Source: Octopus vulgaris
Lineage: Eukaryota
Length of the DNA stretch: 64,000 bases
Assembly (NCBI GenBank): GCA_951406725.2
Contig: OX597828.1
Span: 78,120,001 to 78,184,000 of the forward strand
Reading direction: 5' to 3'
Below, piece by piece: positions 51,153 to 64,000 of the stretch. The translations under genes and the position numbers were made by a program. How positions within the stretch are numbered: the first letter of the stretch is position 1; each line of letters begins with the position of its first letter. The notes under the pieces are model-generated. The model saw only the letters and a program-made list of their open reading frames with translations, searched no databases and was not told the DNA's origin.

Positions 51153-54100
51153 ATTTAGAGGTTCCTTCATTAGATGGGGTAGAGATGCTGGTCGTGTAAG
51201 TGAGGGTTGGTAGATGTGGTAGTTTAATGTTTTTTGTTTCAAAACAGAGAATGGCTGAAGCCAGCTCCAGGCTAAAATCTTTGTTTCTCCTTCCCAGTGA
51301 ATCTATCACATTTCACAGTAACATGATAGAGAGATAGAGAAATAGATAGATAGATAGTGTGAATGACAAATAGGGAGAAAGAAGTGGAGAGGAAAGATAA
51401 AATTACTTTCTTTATGGAGTCCAGCTGTGAGGAGTGAACTATTTGAAAACTAGATCTAGTGGAGTGCTGAAGGTGGTGGTGGTGGTGGTTGCTGTTGTTG
51501 TAGCTTGCATTTCCCATAGTTCCTCATCCAAGCTGTTGCCTTCCTGAATTTCTTGATGAAAGGAAATGTTTTGGTTTTTTCTTTTTTTTTACCAGCCAGA
51601 GGTTTGAGAGTCTTTGTGCCCCAACCTTGTTGCTCCAGCTGGGGAAGCAAGGGTTAACTCAGAAACATTTTTGTTACTCTTTTACTCTGTTACTTGTTTC
51701 AGTCATTTGACTGTGGCCATGCTGGAGCACCACCTTTAGTTGAGCAAATCAACCCTAGGACTTATTCTTTGTAAGCCTAGTACTTATTCTAACGGTGTCT
51801 TTTGCTGAACTGCTAAGTTACGGGGACGTAAACACACCAGCATTGGTTGTCAAGCGATGTTGGGGGAGACAAACACACACACAAACACACACACACAAAC
51901 ACACACACACACACATATACAACAGGCTTCTTTCAGTTTCTGTCTACCAAATCCACTCACAAGGCTTTGGTCAGCCCGAGGCTATAGTAGAAGACACTTG
52001 CCCAAGGTGCCACGCAGTAGGACTAAACCCTGGACAATGTTGTTGGTAAGCAACCTACTTACCACACAGCCACTCCTATGCCTACGTAGGAGTGGCTGTT
52101 GTACACATTTTTGCAAGTTTCCACAATGCTTTGTTTGACAATCATTCAGTATGACCACTTTTGGGGTAGCAAGAGGAGTTATTGTCCCCAAGGATGGTTG
52201 AAGTAAATACACCCCAATCCAAAGGTTTTGAGATTCTCGAAAGCAAAAAAAAACAGATTTGGGGGTTTAAAATAAACGCAAAAAAGGAAAGTGATAGCTG
52301 GATAAGTAAATTCAGTTGTGGAGACAGTCACAGTTTGATGGACAAATGTTTAAAGCTGAAATGGCAAGGGCACAAGAGAAACAACAGTAACAGCTCATCC
52401 TTTGAAAATGAAGGTCGCAAAGAGGTCCATGATAGTAGCTCGGTAGAAATGAGCCAATATGGATAATATCATCATCATCATTTAATATCCATTGTCCATG
52501 CTGGCATAGGTTGGACGGTTTGACTTGGCTGGCATTCTTGAAGGCAGCGCCAGGATCCAGTCAGATTTGGCATGGTTTTCTAGGCTGGATGCCCTTCCTA
52601 ATGCCAACCACTCTGAGGGTGAATTGGGTGCTTTTACATGCCACCGGCACAGGTGCCATTTGTGTGACACTGGTATTTGCTATGACTGTGATTTTGCTTG
52701 GCTTGATGGGGCTTCTCAAGCATGACATAATGCCAGAGGTCTTGGTCATTGCCTCCATGAGGTTCAATACTCAAAAGAAGCTTAGCCACTTTATCTCCAT
52801 GAGGCCCAACACTCAAAAGGAACTCGGCCACTTCACTTCAACACAGAAAACAGTGCTTCCTTGCTAGATGAAATTTATTCTGGAAAGAGTGAAGAGAAAG
52901 ATAGCATACCAGAAGGGTGGTATATCTCTGTCAGATGTGTACCCCATTGACTTAGAGAGGCAAGTCTCTGCTGGCCAGTGGTAATTTCCATTGCTGGCCC
53001 AAGAACCTGGTTAAGGTGCTTAGTGTCTGATTTACACCTGGTTCTTAGATGGATAGGAACTGATAAGAGATTGGCTGTCTCAGAAATGGGTTGGAGGTTG
53101 AGCAGGAGTGGATCATGCCTGCACTGCCTCATTGGTGTGCTACTACATATCCCTCATACCTTAACCCCCAAGACTGGAACATATGTTTTCCCACTTCTTA
53201 AGGGAAGGAACTGGTTCTGTTGGTCAAGAAACCCTTCAGCTACCAATGTCCGCTCTGCGGTGGTATTAGGATGCCATTATTGATGCTGACCATTGCAATG
53301 GTAGGGAGACGAATGATGAAAATGAAAGGAAACTGATGCGGGGTTGCCTATCATGTCATACGTCTTTCCACATCTCACCGTTTTGATTGAATTTCAATCA
53401 TGTGTCAAGCTTAGAATGAGATTGGGTATTTGACATCTAGAATATTAAGAGGCACTCATTACCCACACTCACAGTATCACAACACCACAGAAAGAGAATT
53501 ATTAGCACGCTAGAAGAAATGCTTAGCAGTATTTTGCCCGTTGCTGCATTCTGAGTCCAAATTTCGCTGAGGTCAACTTTCCTTTTCATCCTTTCGGGGT
53601 CGATGAAATAAGTACCAGTTGAGTACTGGAGGTGGGGGGTGGGGGTTTCGATGTAATCAACTAGTCCTCTCCTTTAAAATCTCAGACCTTGTATCTATAG
53701 TAGAGAGGAGGGCGCCAAGCTGGCAGAATCATTGGCACACCGGGCGAAATGCCTAGTAGTATTTTGTCTGATGTTATGTTCTGAGTTCAGATTCCATCGA
53801 GGTTGACTTTGCTTTCATCCTTTCGGGGTCGATTTAATAAGTACCAGTTAGGCACTGGGGTCGACGTAAATGACTTAAATCCTCTGTCTGTCCTTGTTTG
53901 TCCCCTCTATATTTAGTCCCCTGTGGGTAATAAATAAATAAATAATTATTATTATGAATGTGGGAAAAATTAATGTTGTGCTGTCAGAGAAGGGACTAAC
54001 GTTGTGATGTAACTTTGGAAGAAGTTAGTGTGCCGTTCTGTGTGACCTTGGGCAAAGTACACATCGTTTTTGGCCATCTTTGGAACATCTGTCTCTGTTA

Positions 54101-55644
54101 AATCTGGCTGAATGTCAGCCAGGCTCTCTGAAGTTAAGAATTGGGGTGGGGTGCAGTGTTGCTATGATGGTGGTGGTTTGTTGGCTGGTTGAGTGTGGCT
54201 GTTGTTTGGTAGTGCCAAAAATGTGACTGAACAGGCATTGATGAGTTCAGTTTGCTAATTAGGATCGTTAAACTGTTTTCTAGAGGGTGGTGATTGTGTG
54301 TGTGTGTGTTGGGTGGGTGGGTGGCAGTAGAATACAGATGGGTGAGAAGTGAGATGGAATCCTTGAAAGTGCTAGAATGAGGGAGTGTGTGTGTGTGTAT
54401 GGAGTAAAAAAGGAGAGAGGGAGATTGTAAGTATATTGAGGAAAGGAGAAAGATTAAATGTTTAAGAGAGAGGAGAGAGAAGAAGAAAGACAGATGATGA
54501 GAGAAAGAGAGAAAGCTTGAGTTCCATGAGGTTGTTCAGTTATCTCCATTGCCATATGGCCTCCTTCTCTCTTTTCTTCCATGCACCCCCCCCCCCCCCC
54601 AACCACCACCACCATATACCTATCTCCTCCCCCTCCCACTCGACTGCTTTCTAACAACTTTCTCCTCTCTCTTTCTCTCTTTCACTCCTCTGCCACCTCC
54701 ACCTTCTCCTCCCACTGACATAATTAGAAACCAGTCTTGCTTCACTGAAATTTTGCTGTTTACATATTTAGATGTGGACATCCCTCCTCACCCCACCACA
54801 TTCATCATATCTATATATACACACACACACACACATTTACATGTACACTCACTCACACACATTTACATATGCACACGCACACACTGACACATGCTACACA
54901 CACACACTGACAAATGCACACACAGTGACAAACATGCTTACACACACACACACACATACAGACACACACACACACGGGCTTACTGACACACACTAATACA
55001 CACTCACACAGTAATTGTCTCCTACACATACATACGCTCTTTCTCACACATTGACACACACTCATTCATGCACTTTTTCACCACACACACACACACTCAC
55101 ACACACACATACACCGTGACTGCTGATTAAGCTTATTTATAACATGCAAAAATTAAAAATACAACCTAAAGCAGAGAAATCAGGTGGTTCATCTCCCTGC
55201 CTCTCTTTTTATTCAATGTCGTTATCGGTAATGGTGGGGTTTGTGGCAGTGAGGAGATGAAGTATCTTATATTTACTCTATGTATATGCTTGCGGCCCAA
55301 ATGGGCCGAATTGCTTGTGGTCGTGTTCTTGCTGGCTGCTGCTGCTGGGATAAATTTTCATCTATTTCTTATAGTTACTGCGGTTTTAACACAGCAAGTC
55401 CATAAAGAGATAAATACTGCAGTAACTGGCCTATCGGCATTGTGTATACATTATGTATGAGACACGGATGGCTGTTTATATGCGAAATATATATGGTGTG
55501 GATGTGTGGTAAGAAACTTATTTCCAAACCACATCGTTCTAGGTTCAGTCCCACTGCATGGCACCTTGAGCAAGTGTCTTCTACTATTGCCTCGGGTCAA
55601 CCAATACCTTGTGACTGGATTTGGTAGATGGAAACTGAAAGAAG

Positions 55645-55686
<42 letters not shown>

Positions 55687-57561
55687 GTGTGTGTGTGTGT
55701 CTTAGTTTGTCCCCCACACTATTGCTTGACAACCAATGTTGGTATGTTTATGTCCCTGTAACTTAGCAGTTTAGCAAAAGAGACCAATAGAATAAGTACT
55801 AAGCTTACAAAGAATAAATCCTGAGGTTGATTTCTTTGACTAAAATCCTCCAAGGCGGTTGCTCCAGTATGTCTGCAGTCAAATGACTGAAACAAGTAAA
55901 AGAATAAGTTTACAGAGTGGCAGTGTTCTGTGAGAGAAGATGGGAATAAGAGGAATTGGTTGCTGTGTGCAAGAGAGAAAGAAGACTGTACTGGTTTGGT
56001 CATGTGATGTGGATGGATGCTGACAGCTCCGTAAAGTGCTAATCTCTGAAAGTGGATGGAACACATGGAAGTGGGAGACTCAGGAAGACATGGGATGAAG
56101 TTCTGAAGAATGACCCCCAGGAAGCTGAACTTGTCAGGTGAGATGTCAAAGGATTGAGGTACCTGGCGCCTGGCTGTATTAAAAAAAAACCCATAACCCG
56201 CAGCAGAAGTATTAAGATCAATCCTGCTGGTGGTGTAAAACACTCCTGGCAGTGCCAAGTAAAAGTGCCTGTGCAGGGCCACATAAAAGTACCCATGTGG
56301 TATCACGTAAAAGCACCTGTGCAGTGCCACTTAGAAGTACCCATGTGGTATCACGTAAAAGCACCTGTACAGTACCACATGAAAACACCCGTGCAGTGCC
56401 ATGTAAAGGACCTATGCAGTGTCACATAAAAGTGCCTGTGCAGTGCCATGTAAAAGCATCCAGCACACTCTGTAAAATAATTGGTATTGAGAAGGGCATC
56501 CAGCTGTAGAAACCTAGGCAAATCAGACTGGAGCCTGGTGCATCCACCTAGTTTCTCAGTCTGGTCATACCGTCCAACCCATGGACAACAAATGTTAAAT
56601 GATGATGAAGCTATATATGATGGGCTTCTTTCAGTTTCTTCCTACTAAATCCACTCACAATGCTATAAAAGATGACACTTCAGTGTCACAGAATGGGACT
56701 AAACCCAGAACCATGTAGTTGGGAAGCAAACTTCTTAGCACACAACCAGGCCTATATATATATGGACAAATACTATAGGAAGTGAACCATTGATTGTGTG
56801 TATACATTAAGTATGCTATGCAGATGGGTATTTTATACTGTTTGTTTTTATCTCAAGTTATATCTTGAAAGCCGGTTTAACATTAAACTAAGGATTACTC
56901 CATTTTTTTTTTAGTAGAGTACATACTCTTTTACTTGTTTCAATCATTTGACTTGGCCGAGCTGGAGCACCACCTTTAGTTGAGCAAATCGACCCTGGGA
57001 CTTATTCTTTGTAAGCCTAGTGCTTATTCTATCGGTGGCTTTTGCTGAACTGCTAAGCTATGGGGATGTAAACACACCAACATCGGTTGTCAAGCAATGT
57101 TGGGGGACAAATGCAGATACACACACATATACACACACATACATACATCATCATCATCATCATTTAACGTCCGTTTTCCATGCTAGCATGGGTTGGACGG
57201 TTCAACTGAGGTCTGGGAAGCCAGAAGGCTGTGCCAGGCCCAGTCTGATCTGGCAGTGTTTCTACAGCTGGATGCCCTTCCTAACGCCAACCACTCCGTG
57301 AGTGTAGTGGATGCTTTTTACGTGCCACCTGCACAGGTGCCAGACGAGGCTGGCAAACGGCCATGATTTGATGGTGCTTTTTACGTGCCACCAGCACGGG
57401 GGCCAGACAAGGCTGGCAACAGCCACAATCAAATGGTGCTTTTTATGTGCCACCGGCACGGAGGCCAATATATATATACATTTCAAAATGTGACCGCTTG
57501 TGTACCGTTGGCGATTTTTTTTTCCTCAGTCTTCCCTTCTCTGGATCTTTCCTTCTCCTAT

Positions 57562-57596
57562 GTTTCCGACGAAGAGCTCCGCTCGAAATGTTAAAC
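57562..57596 (+). ncRNA. minimal type I hammerhead (CCGACGA core variant) in a short PLE-tail repeat (~57480-57701)
   Basis: GTTT-CCGACGA-A-GAGC-TCC-GCTC-GAAA-TG-TT^AAAC, followed by a T-rich tail into (TA)n. Confidence 0.65.
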
Positions 57597-58629
57597 CCTC
57601 CTTCCTCCCTTCTTTCCTGAGCATCCAATAATACTATATTTGTTCCACATCCTTGCGTTGTTGTGTTTTTTTGTGTTTCCTTGTTTGGATTAACTTTAAC
57701 TATATATATATATACACATACACATATATATACGATGGGCTTCTTTCAGTTTCCGCCTACTAAATCCACTCACAAGGTTTTGGTTGGCCTGAGGCTATAG
57801 TAGAAGACACTTGCCCAAGGTGCCATGCAGTGAGACTGAACCTGAAACCATGTGGTTGGTAAGCAAGCTACTTACCACACAGCCACTCTTGCGCCTATGT
57901 TTAAAGGGTTTTGCCTTTGTGAGGTTGTTTTTTTTTTGGAATGTGGGTGGGTGAACCTATGTGGAATGATTATTAAGGGCAGTGTAGGGTTACTAGAGAA
58001 GCAATTGAGTAAGAAGGAGGATAGGGAAGGATAGAAAATATGTGTTTGTAGTAGTGAGTTGATAGAAAGTTATTGTGAGGAGACATTATTTGGTTTGATG
58101 TAGGAATTTTGTTACTGTTTAGGGTTCTGTCAGGTGTTGAAGCAGCCATGTTAACAGGTGTGTTAAATAAAGGCCATGATGTTTTTTTTATATAGAAAGT
58201 TAGTTGCTGTTGTTTTAGGGTTACACACACAAAAAAAAAAAAATGGTTGCAGGCAAATTAAATCGGTCACCGAGCACTAATCAGACTTGTGATTGAACTT
58301 GTGTTGGGTGTTATTAGATTTCTGGTGGAAAGTTTCTAACTGGCTATTTTGGGAAGTTTAGAGTTGAGGAGACCATGTTGGTGTAAATATTTATCTGAGT
58401 TTTCATGTCTGTTTCTATCATGGTTATTTGTATTTATATTACTGTAGAGAAATACATCCAGATAATTTCATGCTGTTACTCACTTGCGCGCGCGCACACA
58501 CACACGTATATATGCATGTATTTTATATATATAATGTACTTATGTGTGTGTGTGTGTGTGTATATATATGTACATGTGTGTGTATACATATACTTATGTA
58601 TGTGTTTTTATATTTATATAATGTACTTA

Positions 58630-58661
<32 letters not shown>

Positions 58662-61600
58662 AATATATGTACTTAGGTGTGTGTGTATGTATGTATGTAT
58701 GTATGTATGTATAATCAACATTCTACATATATACAACATTTCTCTCTCTCTCTCTCTCTCTGGATATTACAACCACAATAGCCTCTGCTCCTTTGAAGTA
58801 ATCTGTTACATACCACCCCATTTCAGGCTCCCCTGACCCTCATAACACCTTTCTCTCCTCCTTTTCTTCCATATGTGTAAATGCGTATCTTATACACCAA
58901 CATATATGGTTACTCATGAGTATGGACATGTATTCTCTCTACTCTTCTCTTGTCTATGTAGCTTCTGGTGGTGGCTCATAACAGAATCAGGTTCCGATCT
59001 TAGTAATTATTATTTCTCGGCAATTATTACTGTGGAGCTGTGTAGCTTAGTGGTATAAGTGTTGGACTCATGATTGTAAGAATGTGGTTTCGATTCCCGG
59101 ACTGGGTGATGCATTGTGTTCTTGAGCAAAACACTTCACTTCCCATTGCTCCAGTCCGCTCAGCTGGCAAAAGTGAGTGACCAATCCAGGCGGGGAACGT
59201 ATACGTCATGGAAACCTGGAAACCAGCCCTTATGAGTTGATATGACTCTAAAAGGTAACTTTAACTTTACTTATCATTGCTAGTGTAAATCTCAGATAAC
59301 CATTGATGCTGTTGCTGGGCCTACAGATTTTGATCTGTTTGCGTGGAGCAAGTAGGAGAAGGATAATATCATTAGGATGGTGGTGTTGTGGTAGTTTTTG
59401 GCCAGGTGGGATGATAGCACTCCTACTGGCACTTCGCTCGTTATGATGATGTGGGTCCCAGTTCATCCGATCAGTGGAACAACCTGCTTGTAAAATTAAT
59501 GTGCAAGTGGCTGAGCACTCCACAGACACACATACCTTCTATGTAATTCTCGGAGATTCAGCATGACACAGAGTGTGACACAGCATGTGATTCAGTGTGA
59601 CACAGTGTGTGACACGTCTGGCCCTTTGTCATACATGTACTACTCATTTTTGCCAGTTGAGTGGACTGGAACAATGTGAAATAAAGTGCTTTGCTCAAGG
59701 ACTCACCAAGAATTGAACTCTTGACCTTATGATCATCAGCCGACTGTCCTTACCGCTAGTCCATGCGCCTTCGCTCGGATGATTAAATACATTTACAGAA
59801 ACACCGAGTTTGAAGACGGTTGCAATACATTTGGTACATCTTTGAGTGTAGATCTGCTGGCTCAGATCTGACTTTAGCTTAACCCTTTAATGTTTAAATC
59901 AGCCATATCTGGCCCAACTATTCTACCTGTTTTATGTTCAGACTGCCCAGACTTGGCCTCTCCTGCCTACCTTACTTTATCATTCTAAAAATAAGCAACT
60001 GAAATCTCAAAGCTATAAGCTAATGCATGATTAACTGCTTAGCATTTCAACCAGCCATATCTGGCCCAAATATTCTATGTGTTTTATGCTTAAACTAGAC
60101 ATATCTGGTCTCTCTACTCTTCTGTGTTATTCTAAAAATAAACAATCATATCACTGAAATCTTGAAGCTAAGAAATAATGCATGGTTAATTCAAAACAAT
60201 GTGAAGAAGTAAGAATTACATTTGACAAATTAAAATGAAAGCTAAAAAGATAAGAATAAAAAATATTTCAAAGCAAGAAGTGAATTGACAATTCGGGAAT
60301 GAAAGAGATGGATTTGACCTTTTGAAATCACCTGAGAGATCTCAGTTGGTTCTCTGATGCACAACTGCTAATAATATGTTAACATGGTCATTTAAGGTCA
60401 TTCAAGCTGGCAGAATCTTTACCACATGAGTAAAATGCTTCATGTTTTTAGTTCAAATTCTGCTAAGGTTGACTTTTCCTACCATCCTTTCAGGGCTGAT
60501 AAAATAAGTACCAGTTGAACACTGGGGTCAATATAATCAACATACCATCTCCTCCAAAATTTCTGGCCTTGTGCCAAAATTTGAAATGACTATTAACATG
60601 GTCATTTAATGCAGTGAGCTAGCAGAATTGTGAGCATGGTCAGCAAGGGCTTAGCAACATTTTGTCCCTCTTTACATTCTGAGTTCAAATTCTGCCAAGG
60701 TTAACTTCGTCTTTCATCCTTTCGAGATAGATAAAATAAGTACCTGTTATGCACTGGGGTTGATGTAATCAACTAGCCCTCTCCTGCAAAATTTCAGGCC
60801 ATTTGCTTATAACAGAAAGGAATATTAAACGTGGTCACATGTAAATTATAAAATATTCCATTTCAACAAGCCAATTTAATAATTGATTCTAATTTAGGCA
60901 CAAGGCCAGCAATTTTGAAGGGAAGGATTTGTTGATTTTGTCCATCTTAGGACTAGACTGGCACTTTGTTGACTCAGAAAAGATTAAAGACAAAGTTGTC
61001 TTTGCTGGGTTTTGAACTCAGAATGTAAAGAGCTGAAAAAACAAAAATCAATGCTACATGGTCTACTGATTCTACCAGTATACCAATCTTGTACTGGCTC
61101 AATGATCTTCTGTTGCTCAATTTAGTCACTGGACTGTGGCCATGCTGGTGCGCCACATGAAAGGCTAAGCTGATCAAATCTTCCTCAGTACTTACACTTG
61201 TAAGTCTGGTATTTATTCTGTCGGTCTCTTTTGCTAAACCAATAAGTTATGGGAATATAAACAAACCAACACTAGTTGCCAAATGGTAGTAGGGAACACA
61301 CACACACACACACACACATTAATCGTTTAATCCTTTTGCATTAAAACCAGCCATATCCAACCAAAATATTCCACCTGTTTTATGTTCAAATAGGACAGAT
61401 CTGGCCTCTCTCACCCATCCTACGATGCCCGTCTACAAATAAACAATCGCATCATCAGGAATCCTGAAGCTACAAGTTGATGCATGATTAATTCAAAACA
61501 ATGTGATCAAACAAACATTACATTTGACCGATTAACTAGTCCAAATGCTAAAGAGATAATAATAATAATAGCATTGGCTGTGACTTTGATTCTTTTGTAC

Positions 61601-62372
61601 TGCTAAGCCATCATCAGTCAGTAAGATAATATACCTTACCAGACTAAACCTTCGAACTCACTGTCTTCACTGTTCTTCTTAAAGAATGATATGCACTCTA
61701 CTAAAAGTATTGAGTGATCTTCCGGCTTAGTGTAAAATTGTTGTTATTATAACTTAACATAAAAATGAACAATAATATAACATACTTACATACATTACAT
61801 AACACACTTACATTACATATGTTACATACATACATTACATAAATACATACATTTATACATACATACCTTACATACACACATTACTTACATACATTACATA
61901 GATTCATACATTACATACATAAATATGTTACATACATTACATAGATACATTACATGCATTACATTACATACACACATACATACACACACTACATTCATGC
62001 ATTACATGCATTCATATGACAAGCTTCTTTCAGTTTCCATTTACCAAGTCCACATACAAAGGCCTTGGTTTTGTCCATGGTGCCATGCAATGAAATTGAA
62101 CCCAAGGCCACAGGGTTGGGAAGCCAGCTTCTTAACCACACAGCCATGCCTGCACCTATGCAAACAATAATTGTATGAAAGCTCCTAAATATTCATGATT
62201 TATGTCAGAATTAATTAAAACACAGAGGCAGTGCATTTCATGAGTAGTATGGATGGTCATGGAAGGGTTACAGATTAATCACTCGTATTGCAAGAATAGG
62301 TGTAAGGGTAGGGAGTAGTAGATGGGAAATGTACACAAATTCAACTTCCCTTCCCATACCTGCACGAGTTTT

Positions 62373-62416
<44 letters not shown>

Positions 62417-62631
62417 TTTGATATTTAAAAAGGAGGTCAGATCATGTTAGATATTCACACTTTCTCATGTCACATCTTCTGTTTGTGGAACTCTTTAGTT
62501 AAAAAAGAGAGAAAATTTCTGATTTGTTTTCTCTACCACTCACTCTCTCTCTTTCTTTCTCTTTCTCTCTTGTCAGAGAGGTGGAGGAATCAGAAACAAA
62601 CGGATGTCATTTCTCTTCTCTTTCCCTACCT

Positions 62632-62686
<55 letters not shown>

Positions 62687-62706
62687 TGTACACACAAATG
62701 CATGTG

Positions 62707-62746
<40 letters not shown>

Positions 62747-62842
62747 TGTGCATACACTTTTACCATTTGGTAGGAGAGTAAATTCAGGCATCCAGTTGAC
62801 CGAGTTGCTGGGAACGCTGCCACCACCACCACCACCACCACC

Positions 62843-62876
<34 letters not shown>

Positions 62877-63309
62877 TCATTGATCAAGTTATTCAGGTTT
62901 GCTACTGAGCTGTTTGCATAATTTGGGCTTTGGCACGTTTGTCTTTTAGGAGAAGGTCCAGTGTGTGTGTGTGGAGTGTGATGATGGACGTAACCCTGCT
63001 CCTCAGGAGCAGGAAAAAAATGTCACTGTATAATAATGATGTTGATGTGTGTATGGTTTTGGCTAAAATCAATCATTTTACATTTTCTGCCGATCACCCA
63101 AACTAACTTGTTTGGAACTAAAAAGTTACATGGATGATAAGTTGATACTTTAAATGTTGCTGCTGCTGTCATTCTTTAACCCCAAGTCGACTTAAATTGA
63201 GCTGATTGAAGATGAAAAGTGTTCATATTAGATTAATGGATTTTCTTACATGTTGTGTGTATCAGTAAAGCTTATTGCTCTTGGCATTGGAGAGTAAGTC
63301 ATCTATATA

Positions 63310-63716
63310 CAGGATTATTCAAAAAGAATGAACTGATTTCATTACACAATATTTTGATAAGGAAAAACAATAGAAAACTCCAGCTAAGTCACAAGTATTT
63401 ACTTCCAATCAACTTTTAGTTCTTGTCTTACAAGTGTTCAATGTTGCCATCACATGCAGCACGGGCATATATCGATGCAATAAGAGAATTCCTTCCAGAT
63501 GCGTATCAGCATATCATGATCCACTGAGTTGATCGCTGATGTTATTCGCTGTTTAAAGTCATCAAAGTTAGTGGGTAGTGGTAGTGAAAACTTATATGAC
63601 AGGAAATAAAAGTTGATTGTGAGTCAATACTTGTGACTTAGCTGGAGTTTTCTATTGCTTTTCCTTATTAAAAATATTGTGTAATGAAATCGTTTCAGTC
63701 CTTTTGGGTAACCCTG
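63310..63716. mobile_element. Tc1/mariner-type MITE with ~118-bp terminal inverted repeats
   Basis: TA|CAGG...CCTG|TA; 63310-63427 pairs with 63598-63716 (e.g. aatagaaaactccagctaagtcacaagtatt / aatacttgtgacttagctggagttttctatt). Confidence 0.8.
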
Positions 63717-64000
63717 TATACAACAATGAAAGAAGCTGCTTATTAATTAGTTGAAAGTAACTTTTACTAAAACAAAACAATTATCAAAGTCTTTATAGTC
63801 TAGAAAATTTTCAAAAATTCCAATTTTAATACATTTTTAAAAATTGAAATGTAATTTATAGATTCTTTTATTATTGATAATTTCAACTACAAAGCCTTGT
63901 GCATGGATTTGTTTGATAGATAGAAACTGAAAGAAGCCTATCATAAATATATATATATATGCATGTGTGTGTGTGTCCTTATCTTGACATCATGTGATTA

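Noticed and set aside
52870-53440. Higher-complexity segment with 85-101 aa ORFs on both strands
   Set aside because: No recognisable motif or splice-site pair; probably an old retroelement fragment, not assignable by eye.

Overview
AT-rich, microsatellite-dense animal genomic DNA. The repeat landscape (tRNA-derived SINEs, RTE 3' tails ending in (GAT)n, (TA)n/(CA)n tracts) suggests an octopus; this is inference, not a database result. The only well-supported host gene is an NDR/tricornered kinase (STK38/STK38L family) on the + strand. Its first two coding exons are at 41384-41523 and 46954-47005, with a possible upstream His-rich exon at 11450-11974. The rest is intronic or intergenic: CR1-group and RTE LINE fragments, SINEs, Helitron/Helentron-type elements, and Tc1/mariner, piggyBac and hAT MITEs. 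The most notable content is a Penelope-like retroelement (PLE) system. A near full-length RT + GIY-YIG element (Naiad-like) at 22676-27556 is arranged as a large inverted duplication with a twin-priming signature. About nine canonical or decayed minimal type I hammerhead ribozyme (HHR) motifs occur in several unrelated PLE-derived repeats. One non-coding ~810-bp repeat carries all hammerhead core pieces in a non-canonical, pseudoknotted order, a candidate new ribozyme topology. Most six-frame ORFs are microsatellite or repeat artefacts.
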